Source: a virus
Lineage: Duplodnaviria; Caudoviricetes
DNA: 54,242 nt
Virus record (IMG/VR): IMGVR_UViG_3300046835_000018
Coordinates: 1-54,242 of that record
Direction: 5' to 3' (one strand)
Below are positions 1 through 7,290 of the stretch, one piece after another. Below the pieces are notes generated by a model. That model ran no database searches. It worked only from the letters and a program-made list of their open reading frames with translations, and was not told the DNA's origin. Position 1 is the first letter of the stretch. Each line of letters opens with the position of its first letter. Both the position numbers and the translations under genes were made by a program.

Positions 1-142
1 TGATCCGGTTTAGACTGGATCATCCCTACGATCCGGAATCGAGACCTCGCTACACAGGTCCGGATCGTCCGATCCACAGCCTCTTTGCTTCCGATCCTGA
101 AGATCTTTTTAGGGGGGGGGGGGGGGTGAAGATGTGGAGGTT
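1..142. repeat. Terminal direct repeat / circular assembly overlap (left copy)
   Basis: 1-142 matches 54099-54242 except for G-tract length (15 G + TG vs 19 G) and one substitution. Confidence 0.9.
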
Positions 143-565
143 CGTGAGGGTTGCCAACCAATCAACCCTTTCGGAAGGAGACAGTCATGTCGAAGAAGAT
201 CGTGATCGAAGAGAGTGACCGTCAGGTCTACCTGGAGGTCCTCCAGACCGTAGTCAACGGAGACGAGTACTCCGCCTACGCGGTCCACACCGTTCTCAAC
301 CAGATCCTGGTCGCGAACGGTCTGGAGAAGGTCCGCCCGCAGATGATGTACAACTACGCGCGGAACGGTCTGATCGTGTCCGGAGAGAAGATCTTCGGCG
401 CGACGCTCCGTACCTTCACTCCGGTGGAGGTCATGGAGTTCCTCATCCGGTACTGCGTCCGGAACGGAATCGAGATCAAGGTAGGACAGCCTACCGACCC
501 GAACCAGGAAGCCCTGTTCGAGATCTAGAAACTGACTGACCCCTCACGAACCTCCTCATGTTCGC
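126..565. repeat. Inverted repeat pair (126-150 / 541-565) bracketing the first gene
   Basis: GGAGGTTCGTGAGGG (136-150) is the exact reverse complement of CCCTCACGAACCTCC (541-555); extends to ~25 bp with 3 mismatches. Confidence 0.85.
187..528 (+). CDS. Putative HTH-type DNA-binding protein
   Basis: ATG after AAGGAG RBS; KVRPQMMYNYARNG segment resembles KVVPPQVVYSYVKNN of 7291-7794. Confidence 0.55.
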   Translation: MSKKIVIEESDRQVYLEVLQTVVNGDEYSAYAVHTVLNQILVANGLEKVRPQMMYNYARNGLIVSGEKIFGATLRTFTPVEVMEFLIRYCVRNGIEIKVGQPTDPNQEALFEI

Positions 566-594
566 CTCTATCCCCTACAGATCGGAGGTACGGC

Positions 595-786
595 ATGATG
601 CCGTACGAATTGAACGCCCGGCACCAACTCGACCGAATCGGAAATTTTGGTTCGGAAAAATGTCCGGGTTGGTTGCTGGATAGACTCGCGGAAGAGAAAC
701 TCTCTGGAGGCTACCTTCCGAAGAGGAATCCAGTGTGTCCGGAGTGTAGGCTCCAGAAAGCGAACTCTGGGGTCTGCGGCTGCTAG
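595..786 (+). CDS. Small Cys-rich (Zn-binding) hypothetical protein
   Basis: GGAGG RBS; CPEC...C.C C-terminus. Confidence 0.6.
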   Translation: MMPYELNARHQLDRIGNFGSEKCPGWLLDRLAEEKLSGGYLPKRNPVCPECRLQKANSGVCGC

Positions 787-1421
787 TTGGGAAGGGTACC
801 CTGGCTCATCCCCAGGGTACCCGACCCACATGCGATCTCCTCCCTGTCCGAGTGGACTAGTTCGGGATTCCCAGACCGGACCCTGAACCGGTCCTACACG
901 AACACGCTAGCCCAAACGTATACTATATTATAATAGGGGGGGGGGCAAAAAATTGGTATAAAGCAGGGGGGTGAAAAACCGACCTGTCCGGGGCGGCCCG
1001 CGTACGGAATTCACGGCTCCCACAGGGCGTGACTTGTGTCTGTTGGTTAGTTTGTTACCAACCGTAACCCACCAGAAAGCCTAACTCTAATAACAACAAG
1101 CCTCTAACGTATAACACGGACAAAACAACTAATTCCTTCTCCTGTTCATTATCCCTTTCATATATTACTAAGTATTCTTATGTGTAGTATATAAAACCAT
1201 AGGAAACAAGCGGTGTAACCAGGAACTGGCGGAGCTAAAAGTGTGAATGGTCAGTGAACTGACACTTGAATTCGCTAGTGGAATTAGCTGAATCCACTAA
1301 ATCGTCACTAGAAACCTTAGAGGATTCAGCTACTTGCACTAACAAGCCACCTGCTGTATACTTAGAGTAGCAAGCAAGCGTGGTATGTAAGTAACCAGGT
1401 AAGTAACCAGGAAGGTAGACA

Positions 1422-1880
1422 ATGACTGTACCAGACAATGAGTGGGTCACAGATGAGGAGCTGGCACGTGTCGCAGCATACGATCCTCCAGTAGATCCCA
1501 ACCTCGCTGCCTTGCGGAAACAAGCAAGCCAGTACTTGAACCCGAGTGAGCCACGTAACGCGCAACCCCGCGTGCAAGGTTTGGCGGGCATTGCTGTGAA
1601 GGCGACCGACAAATACCCGTGGGACAAGTGGATCGACGGCCAGTATCACACGGCTGAGCTCAACAAGGACTTCGCCCTGTCGGTCTCGCGGTTCCAGGTG
1701 CTCTTGCACCGTAAGGCTGCAGACCTCGGAATCTACTGCAGGACCGAGAAGGTGAAGGGTGTCTTTCCTCCCACGGTAGGATTCCTGTTCATGGACGACA
1801 AGATGCGCCTGAACAACGAGTGGATCCGCCTCGCAGGCCTGGAGGTGTGGAAGGAGGACGAAGAAGAGCCCCAAAATTGA
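1422..1880 (+). CDS. Hypothetical protein
   Basis: 152-aa ORF, GGAAGG RBS, phage-like codon usage. Confidence 0.75.
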   Translation: MTVPDNEWVTDEELARVAAYDPPVDPNLAALRKQASQYLNPSEPRNAQPRVQGLAGIAVKATDKYPWDKWIDGQYHTAELNKDFALSVSRFQVLLHRKAADLGIYCRTEKVKGVFPPTVGFLFMDDKMRLNNEWIRLAGLEVWKEDEEEPQN

Positions 1881-1895
1881 CCCATGAAAGACCCC

Positions 1896-1925
1896 TTGCC
1901 CACCTCGCAAGGTCTGAGCTATAAT
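1896..1925 (+). promoter_or_regulatory. Housekeeping-sigma-type promoter
   Basis: TTGCCC-N18-TATAAT upstream of the early gene run. Confidence 0.65.
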
Positions 1926-1993
1926 TAATGTAGCGCCGAAAGTTAAAGTGGCAACAAAGTACCATCACACATCCTCAACGCCTGGAGGTAAAA

Positions 1994-2239
1994 GTGGCAA
2001 TGATCCCAATCGACCTGCGTGACATCGACGCCAGGAGAGAGAAGGATCTCGGATGCATCGACCAAAGAAGTGCGGCGATGATGCAGCCGGGTATCAACAA
2101 AGGCCGCAAGCTGGGGAAGAGGCCGATCTCACGACAAGGGACTCTGAACCAGGGTATCATCGCTCGATCGCCCGGATCTAGGCATCGAGGAATGGACTTC
2201 GTCAAGGCTGTCTATTCCGAGAGGACGGGGCAAGAGTAA
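1994..2239 (+). CDS. Hypothetical protein
   Basis: GGAGG RBS, 81 aa. Confidence 0.6.
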   Translation: MAMIPIDLRDIDARREKDLGCIDQRSAAMMQPGINKGRKLGKRPISRQGTLNQGIIARSPGSRHRGMDFVKAVYSERTGQE

Positions 2240-2245
2240 AAGGTA

Positions 2246-2316
2246 GTCCAAGGGCAGAACACGTCGCTTGAAGAAGCCCCTGTGGGTCTGTGACATCAAA
2301 TGTACCCTTGGACACG
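2246..2316 (+). ncRNA. tRNA-like intergenic element 1
   Basis: GTCCAAGGG/CCCTTGGAC closing stem, ACATCAAATGT T-loop-like hairpin, followed by ACG. Confidence 0.5.
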
Positions 2317-2370
2317 TGGCGAAGGCAAGACACCACATCCCATATCCACCATCACTCCTTAGGAGCGGAA

Positions 2371-2655
2371 ATGGGCAAGCGAATGTATCACCCGGAAGGC
2401 GTGGCAAGCTTAGTAGCCGCCATCTTGTGCACTGGAGACATTGCCAAGCTTCCGACCGATGTGATCCTTCGGGAGAGAAGGGATCTACTGGAGCGAGCGA
2501 TCGACTTCAGGAGAGAACAGATCCTGGAACTAGCCAGGGAGTACTACAAAGTGTACGACCAAGACTACGAGGACAATGTTCCTCTGGTCGAGGTAAGGAA
2601 TGCGGCGAACAACAGGGCCAAGCTCGGGAGGGCGAACCTGATGTTCACTGTATGA
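2371..2655 (+). CDS. Hypothetical protein
   Basis: AGGAG RBS before ATG 2371. Confidence 0.7.
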   Translation: MGKRMYHPEGVASLVAAILCTGDIAKLPTDVILRERRDLLERAIDFRREQILELAREYYKVYDQDYEDNVPLVEVRNAANNRAKLGRANLMFTV

Positions 2656-2659
2656 AGGG

Positions 2660-2706
2660 ATCCCTGGAGCGCGTAAGGCGTAGGTTCGAAGCCACTCCAG
2701 GGAGCG
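2660..2706 (+). ncRNA. tRNA-like intergenic element 2
   Basis: TCCCTGGAG/CTCCAGGGA stem, CGC-GTAA-GGCG hairpin, TAGGTTCGAAGCC T-loop, then GCG and an RBS. Confidence 0.6.
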
Positions 2707-2721
2707 AAAGGAGGTCTCAAA

Positions 2722-2955
2722 ATGAGACTTGCAACACGGACTGTAATCGTAGGCGTTGCCATCCTTGCGGCCCTTGCGGGTTGCGACAGCACTAATGGTG
2801 CAAAGGGAGGTAGCGAATACACCGTCGAGGAGGGCACGTCCATCGACGTCCATGCAGGAGACACCCTCAACATCATCATGAACGGTGGCTTCGAGCGGTG
2901 CGACGATTGGGGTGGTAGCCTACAAGGCAACACCTGCATGGACGTCGACTTCTAA
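2722..2955 (+). CDS. Small lipoprotein
   Basis: Signal peptide with LAALAG-C lipobox; two further Cys. Confidence 0.75.
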   Translation: MRLATRTVIVGVAILAALAGCDSTNGAKGGSEYTVEEGTSIDVHAGDTLNIIMNGGFERCDDWGGSLQGNTCMDVDF

Positions 2956-2974
2956 GGCAGCCCCGAAAGGGGTA

Positions 2975-3022
2975 GGGCTGGCGGCTGAGACACGGCCGTA
3001 GCATCGAAGCGACCAGCCCGCG
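2975..3022 (+). ncRNA. tRNA-like intergenic element 3
   Basis: GGGCTGG/CCAGCCC stem, CGGCTG/CGGCCG hairpin, TAGCATCGAAGC, then GCG. Confidence 0.6.
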
Positions 3023-3051
3023 TCCATCGTCGAGTACTCTAGGAGGTACAA

Positions 3052-3246
3052 ATGGACACCTTCGGTTTTGGGCAGTGGGATGACGACATCCTGAACGACG
3101 AGGAGTTCTTCATCGTGGCGAAGTGGACGGACGGCACTTGGAGACGAGAGCTACCGTACAAGTTCGCCACGCTTGAGCAGGCTACTAACGTGGCCGATCA
3201 GGTAGGAGGAGACGTTGTTAGGGTGAGCGTTACCTACCACCCGTAG
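3052..3246 (+). CDS. Hypothetical protein
   Basis: AGGAGG RBS. Confidence 0.7.
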   Translation: MDTFGFGQWDDDILNDEEFFIVAKWTDGTWRRELPYKFATLEQATNVADQVGGDVVRVSVTYHP

Positions 3247-3252
3247 AAGGTA

Positions 3253-3303
3253 GGTTCAGGGCGAGAAGCTGTCGTGTATGCCATCAAGGCACCCTGAACC
3301 GCG
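3253..3303 (+). ncRNA. tRNA-like intergenic element 4
   Basis: GGTTCAGGG/CCCTGAACC stem, CGA-N7-TCG hairpin, TGCC-ATCAA-GGCA, then GCG. Confidence 0.55.
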
Positions 3304-3323
3304 TTTGACCTAAGGCGCATAGC

Positions 3324-3479
3324 CTTAGGACCTTTATACACCGTTGTGGGTCTAATAGGTTTTAGGGCGGAATAAGCTGTCAGAGCACAGTGACTACACA
3401 CCTGAAACGCTTCCAACCTGGAGCTAAAGGGATTAGACCCACAACGGGATATAGAGGGCCTAGGACCTTCATACACCGT
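3324..3479 (+). ncRNA. Long imperfect hairpin with a downstream competing direct repeat
   Basis: CCGTTGTGGGTCTAAT (~3341-3356) pairs with ATTAGACCCACAACGG (~3433-3448), extendable to ~30 bp; TAGGACCTTYATACACCGT occurs at ~3325 and ~3461. Confidence 0.55.
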
Positions 3480-3527
3480 AAGGGGTTGATGTTAAGGCTG
3501 CGGGGGCCCTACCATCAGGAGGTTGAA

Positions 3528-3698
3528 ATGGTTGCTGACATCGACCGGGAAGAGATGTTCCGTCGTGTTCGTGAGGGTAGCGTGATCGTTGTGCTCGACC
3601 CTCAGGAGTGCGAGACCATGCGGGACATCCTGAGTCGTTTGACGGAAGCCGACCTGAGGCACGAGGACCGCCTTAAGCGGTTCCGGCTCAGTAAGTAA
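3528..3698 (+). CDS. Hypothetical protein
   Basis: AGGAGG RBS before ATG 3528. Confidence 0.65.
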   Translation: MVADIDREEMFRRVREGSVIVVLDPQECETMRDILSRLTEADLRHEDRLKRFRLSK

Positions 3699-3703
3699 GG
3701 TTA

Positions 3704-3769
3704 GAGCTGGTCGGGTATGTGGTCATCAGGACACAAATGGGCCCGTAGCCTCGAAGCAGCCAGCTCGCG
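3704..3769 (+). ncRNA. tRNA-like intergenic element 5
   Basis: GAGCTGG/CCAGCTC stem, CGGGT..GCCCG arm, TAGCCTCGAAGCAG, then GCG. Confidence 0.6.
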
Positions 3770-3799
3770 TACCATCACCAACAAGAAAGGAGTCAAGGT

Positions 3800-4087
3800 A
3801 TGCCTTGGCTTCGGATCGAAGAGAAGGTCACCCTCATCCGCTTTATCGAGGTGGACGAGGCGCACTACCCTGGCATGTCGGTCGCGCAGGCGAAGGAAGC
3901 CGAACTCGACGAGCACGAAGTCGACCGGCTCGAGCAGTTCTCCGAGTCGATGCAGTACGCCGTGCTCGAAGGAGACGCGAACGACTTCATCGACACGACC
4001 GGCAACAGGCCAACATTGACCATGGGCTACGGCATCCAGGTCGATGAGGCCGACGAGGAGTGGTGCAAGAACGCCTTCGGCAAGTAA
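3800..4087 (+). CDS. Acidic hypothetical protein
   Basis: AAGGAG RBS; 95 aa, E/D-rich. Confidence 0.75.
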   Translation: MPWLRIEEKVTLIRFIEVDEAHYPGMSVAQAKEAELDEHEVDRLEQFSESMQYAVLEGDANDFIDTTGNRPTLTMGYGIQVDEADEEWCKNAFGK

Positions 4088-4097
4088 GCACCAAGGA

Positions 4098-4146
4098 GAT
4101 CCCGCCCGAGAAAGTGTCGTGTGCCATCGAGGCAGGCGGGATCGCG
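4098..4146 (+). ncRNA. tRNA-like intergenic element 6
   Basis: GATCCCGCC/GGCGGGATC stem, CGA-N7-TCG hairpin, TGCC-ATCGA-GGCA, then GCG; near-paralog of element 4. Confidence 0.55.
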
Positions 4147-4175
4147 TAAGGTTTCCATCAAGGAAGGGGCCAGAA

Positions 4176-4433
4176 ATGGCTAAGCTCCGAATCACTACCA
4201 CGGTAGTCGTCGTGCGAGAGCTCGAGGAGTACCAGTATCAGGACCTCGCTGAGGTCGGGAAGATGGATGCGGCACAGGCGAAGTTGTTCCTCGAGCGGGA
4301 AGACTTCGACCAGAAGATGGACGATCTCCAGGAGATCATGCCGTACATCAGCTTCCCGAACTACAACGACGGCTTCAATCACCGACGGACGGCCGGCAGC
4401 GGTACGTTCACTGAGGTGATCGAAGCCATCTGA
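4176..4433 (+). CDS. Hypothetical protein
   Basis: AAGGGG RBS before ATG 4176. Confidence 0.7.
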   Translation: MAKLRITTTVVVVRELEEYQYQDLAEVGKMDAAQAKLFLEREDFDQKMDDLQEIMPYISFPNYNDGFNHRRTAGSGTFTEVIEAI

Positions 4434-4440
4434 AACGAGG

Positions 4441-4491
4441 AGGGTTGGTCCGCATGCAACATGGCGGTAGCATCGAAGCAGCCAACCTACG
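4441..4491 (+). ncRNA. tRNA-like intergenic element 7
   Basis: GGTTGG/CCAACC stem, CCGC..GCGG arm, TAGCATCGAAGCAG, then ACG. Confidence 0.6.
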
Positions 4492-4526
4492 CCCTGTGGG
4501 TGTTTGACTAGAAGGAGGGACCCGCA

Positions 4527-4868
4527 GTGACAAAGGCAACAGAGGCAAAGCACAGGTTCGGCTGTCCGAAGTGTGGTGCTCCCGTAGGGGAGTACTGCAT
4601 GTCCAAGGCAGGCAAGACCGTAACCAACGGGCACCTCGATCGGTTGAGGTTGCTCGATGCTGGGCAGGAGGCCTTCAACGAGGTACTCCAGTCCCAGGAT
4701 GTTGTACAGAGCAGCTGGGATGCACAGGTTGACCGGGAGGAGAGGGTTGCCCAGGTTATGTGGGCGATCAACTTCGCACGGACGGCGCTGCTGGTTCCGC
4801 AGGATGTGCTCGATCGCAACCTCGCGGAGATGATCGTCGGCGCCGAGATGGACCTGAAGTTGTTCTAG
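4527..4868 (+). CDS. Zinc-finger domain protein
   Basis: CPKCGAPVGEYC...H.DR motif of the kind common in actinophage small proteins. Confidence 0.7.
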   Translation: MTKATEAKHRFGCPKCGAPVGEYCMSKAGKTVTNGHLDRLRLLDAGQEAFNEVLQSQDVVQSSWDAQVDREERVAQVMWAINFARTALLVPQDVLDRNLAEMIVGAEMDLKLF

Positions 4869-4874
4869 GGTCCA

Positions 4875-4907
4875 GGGTGACGAGCCCTCGAAAGCTCGTC
4901 ACCCGCG
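4875..4907 (+). ncRNA. Hairpin, reduced member of the intergenic family
   Basis: 11-bp stem GGGTGACGAGC/GCTCGTCACCC with CCTCGAAA loop, then GCG and an RBS. Confidence 0.5.
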
Positions 4908-4922
4908 AAAGGAGGTACTACA

Positions 4923-5225
4923 ATGGTACCTGGCAAGGGTCTACACATCGTTCTGAACCAGGAAGGTCTCGACTTCATCGAGGCGTGCCTGGCGGAGATT
5001 CGTCTCGTGTACACCGATGGGGATCACGACGAGAGCCCCAAGGTCGTGCTGGAAGCGCTTCTCGAGAGCGACATGGCCGAGTGGACCGAGGTGAAGGACA
5101 ACTTCGGCCACAAGGTGTTCCGGGGTATGGAGTACAAGGAGGGTGAGCTGCGGGTGACCGTCGTGCTCACCAAGCAGAACGAGCTTCGTCTCGACATCAG
5201 GACGTGGCTCGAGTCGTACTCGTAG
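4923..5225 (+). CDS. Hypothetical protein, possible PC4-like ssDNA-binding C-terminus
   Basis: AGGAGG RBS; C-terminal ELRV...LDIRTW resembles the PC4/YdbC motif. Confidence 0.55.
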   Translation: MVPGKGLHIVLNQEGLDFIEACLAEIRLVYTDGDHDESPKVVLEALLESDMAEWTEVKDNFGHKVFRGMEYKEGELRVTVVLTKQNELRLDIRTWLESYS

Positions 5226-5547
5226 TACTTCGGGCCTTCGCATGCTCTAGGGCATGTGAGGGTCCGTGGTCCTATGATAGGAGATCGCATGCAGAACTGG
5301 GCCGAACAGAGGGAAGACTACTCGATTCAGGAGGAAGTTCTTGTCGACGATGGCGGTCGAGTGCCCACTGTGCGGAGCGAAGCCTGGGAAGAGATGCAGC
5401 GGACGGACCAAGCTGCAACTCCTGCCACTTCCGCATGGGGAGCGACGTATGAAGGCCCTCGGTGCTACATCGGAAAGCACCAAGGGTAAGTAAAAGGTTC
5501 CAGGGCGCAGCTTCAGAGTAGCGGCCCTGGACACGAAAGGAGGTCTT

Positions 5548-5670
5548 ATGCTACCGAAGCGTAAGCCTGGTAAGGCACTGAAGGATGCCATCAAGGCGAC
5601 TGAGCACTGGTGTCCTGACTGTGCGTTGGCGATCATCGACGGGATGGTGTTTCGTGTCGTCGGAACGTAA
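5548..5670 (+). CDS. 40-aa CxxC peptide
   Basis: Strong AAGGAGG RBS; MLPKRKPG...WCPDC... (hand-translated, below the ORF-track cutoff). Confidence 0.55.
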   Translation: MLPKRKPGKALKDAIKATEHWCPDCALAIIDGMVFRVVGT

Positions 5671-5914
5671 GCTGAAGTTCGAGGCATACGAGGGAGCGGC
5701 TACTACAGCGTTCGCTAAGTACCTCGAAGTGCAGAACCGGATCGACAAGATCGAGATCCGGGCTATTGCCAAGTGCTCGGGGAACAAAGGGGTAGCCGCT
5801 TACGAGCTGAAGACCTCCTCCGAGTACTGGATGTACAGGGATCTTTGTGACGATCGTGATCGGTACATGAAGATCGCTAGCCTGAATGCGTCCATGGCGA
5901 ACATGTACAAGTAG
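5654..5914 (+). CDS. Hypothetical protein
   Basis: 3' part of ORF 5585-5914; GTG start after GGGATGG. Confidence 0.6.
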   Translation: MSSERKLKFEAYEGAATTAFAKYLEVQNRIDKIEIRAIAKCSGNKGVAAYELKTSSEYWMYRDLCDDRDRYMKIASLNASMANMYK

Positions 5915-5930
5915 CGAGAAGGTCCCTAGA

Positions 5931-5988
5931 GGTATATCTTGACTTCTAGGGACCCTCTTGTAGTCCAAGGTGGGCCGTGTATTATACT
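5931..5988 (+). promoter_or_regulatory. Promoter with upstream conserved box
   Basis: GGTATATCTTGACTTCT...TTGTAG-N19-TATACT; near copy of 8810-8866. Confidence 0.65.
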
Positions 5989-6289
5989 GGATATATGCAC
6001 ACACTAGAGATGAAGCTAGGGGCCCTGGAAGTGAACTGGATGTTGAACAGGCGGACGCCTTGGTTCAAGAGACAGTTCCGAACACTCGACTTCAGTAAGA
6101 AGCGTCACAACACGCCATATGTGACGACCGCCGGAGCTGCATTGTCGGTCGTCGCTTCTGTTTTGTTGTCCGTGACTCAAGGGTTTTCCATCGAACTCAC
6201 AGGCATCAATCTGGGCTGAGGGCCTGCAAAGACCCACAGGGGCCGCTTTTGGGTTTAGGCGCCTTTAAAAGAGCCCTAGATGAGACCCG

Positions 6290-6320
6290 TTGAAGTCGAA
6301 GAGAGTATCCATGGTATAAT
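6290..6320 (+). promoter_or_regulatory. Promoter
   Basis: TTGAAG-N19-TATAAT immediately upstream of the tRNA-like RNA at 6342. Confidence 0.7.
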
Positions 6321-6341
6321 TAAGATAGAACAGCAAAGCAA

Positions 6342-6467
6342 GGGGTTGTCGCTCAAAGGGCCTTCTCCCCAGCAGGTTCGCGGTAGAGCTGACGTCGCTG
6401 GCCGACCGTTGACGTCGAACAAGTGTCCTAGCACTTGTGTGGAGGTTCGATCCCTCCCAACCCCACG
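6342..6467 (+). ncRNA. Atypical tRNA-like RNA (expanded D-loop, no canonical anticodon loop)
   Basis: GGGGTTG/CAACCCC acceptor, GCTC..GGTAGAGC D-arm, GACGTC/GACGTC arm, ACAAGTG/CACTTGT variable arm, GGAGG-TTCGATC-CCTCC T-arm, 3' ACG. Confidence 0.7.
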
Positions 6468-6494
6468 TATCATCCGGACACACTAGGAGGAATC

Positions 6495-7043
6495 GTGTCT
6501 GAATTGAAGCACATCCCGCTCGGAACGATCTCGTACACTGAGTTCGCTGTGCTCGCACGGCACGCAGTGGAAGAGTCGCAGGAGGAGACGTACGACCAGC
6601 TCCTCGACAGCGGCAGCACCAGTGTTGCCATGGCTGAGACCCTCTTCCAGAGGCTCTCGCAGTTGGTGGAGCGTGCTCGCCTGTATGAGTACGCTCTGAG
6701 CATCCAGGCTCAACGCGAAGAGGAATCCAAGGCTGAACGTCAGGCCAAGATCAAGTCGGACCTCGAGAAGAGGGCCGACGCGATGAGCGACATCTTCAAG
6801 TCGTCACCGGAGAACACCGGCGATGGCACGTTCATCAAGAACCCGAACTACGGTAGCGCCAAGGCGTCGAACCCGACGTTGCTCCAGGAGCACCAGACCG
6901 ACCTGATGTTGGACGGCCTCGACCCGTTCGAGAACACCGCGTTCGACGTTCCCGACACTTCGAAGCCGGCCGGGTGGGCCAACGACGACCATGTGGCACT
7001 CACCGCCGACTTCAGTGACGGGAACAAGAACGAAGCCTTCTAG
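6495..7043 (+). CDS. Hypothetical protein (coiled-coil middle)
   Basis: AGGAGG RBS, GTG start. Confidence 0.75.
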   Translation: MSELKHIPLGTISYTEFAVLARHAVEESQEETYDQLLDSGSTSVAMAETLFQRLSQLVERARLYEYALSIQAQREEESKAERQAKIKSDLEKRADAMSDIFKSSPENTGDGTFIKNPNYGSAKASNPTLLQEHQTDLMLDGLDPFENTAFDVPDTSKPAGWANDDHVALTADFSDGNKNEAF

Positions 7044-7050
7044 TAGCCGC

Positions 7051-7156
7051 TTCACCCTGCTGAAGTAGCTGGTATCACCCGCTCCCGTTAGGGAGACTGC
7101 CTCGATCGACATAGGGCAAAGTCGGAAACGGTGGTTCGAATCCACCCGGGTGAACG
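7051..7156 (+). ncRNA. Atypical tRNA-like RNA with branched anticodon domain
   Basis: TTCACCC/GGGTGAA stem, TGA-AGTAGCTGGTA-TCA D-like arm, GGTGG-TTCGAAT-CCACC T-arm, 3' ACG. Confidence 0.65.
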
Positions 7157-7219
7157 TAAGCGTGTGATCTTGGAACTAGGATGTTGAAAAAAGCCCCAAA
7201 AACATTTTCAAGATCCCGC

Positions 7220-7249
7220 TTGCAGTCGAAAGTAGTCATCCTGTATAAT
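7220..7249 (+). promoter_or_regulatory. Promoter
   Basis: TTGCAG-N18-TATAAT. Confidence 0.7.
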
Positions 7250-7290
7250 TAAAACAAGCCACAAAAAGCTGCGACAACAAGGAGACCAAA

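Noticed and set aside
2246-5535. CRISPR array or integron reading of the early intergenic repeats
   Set aside because: Repeats are conserved in structure rather than sequence, spacers are whole genes, and no integron integrase is present
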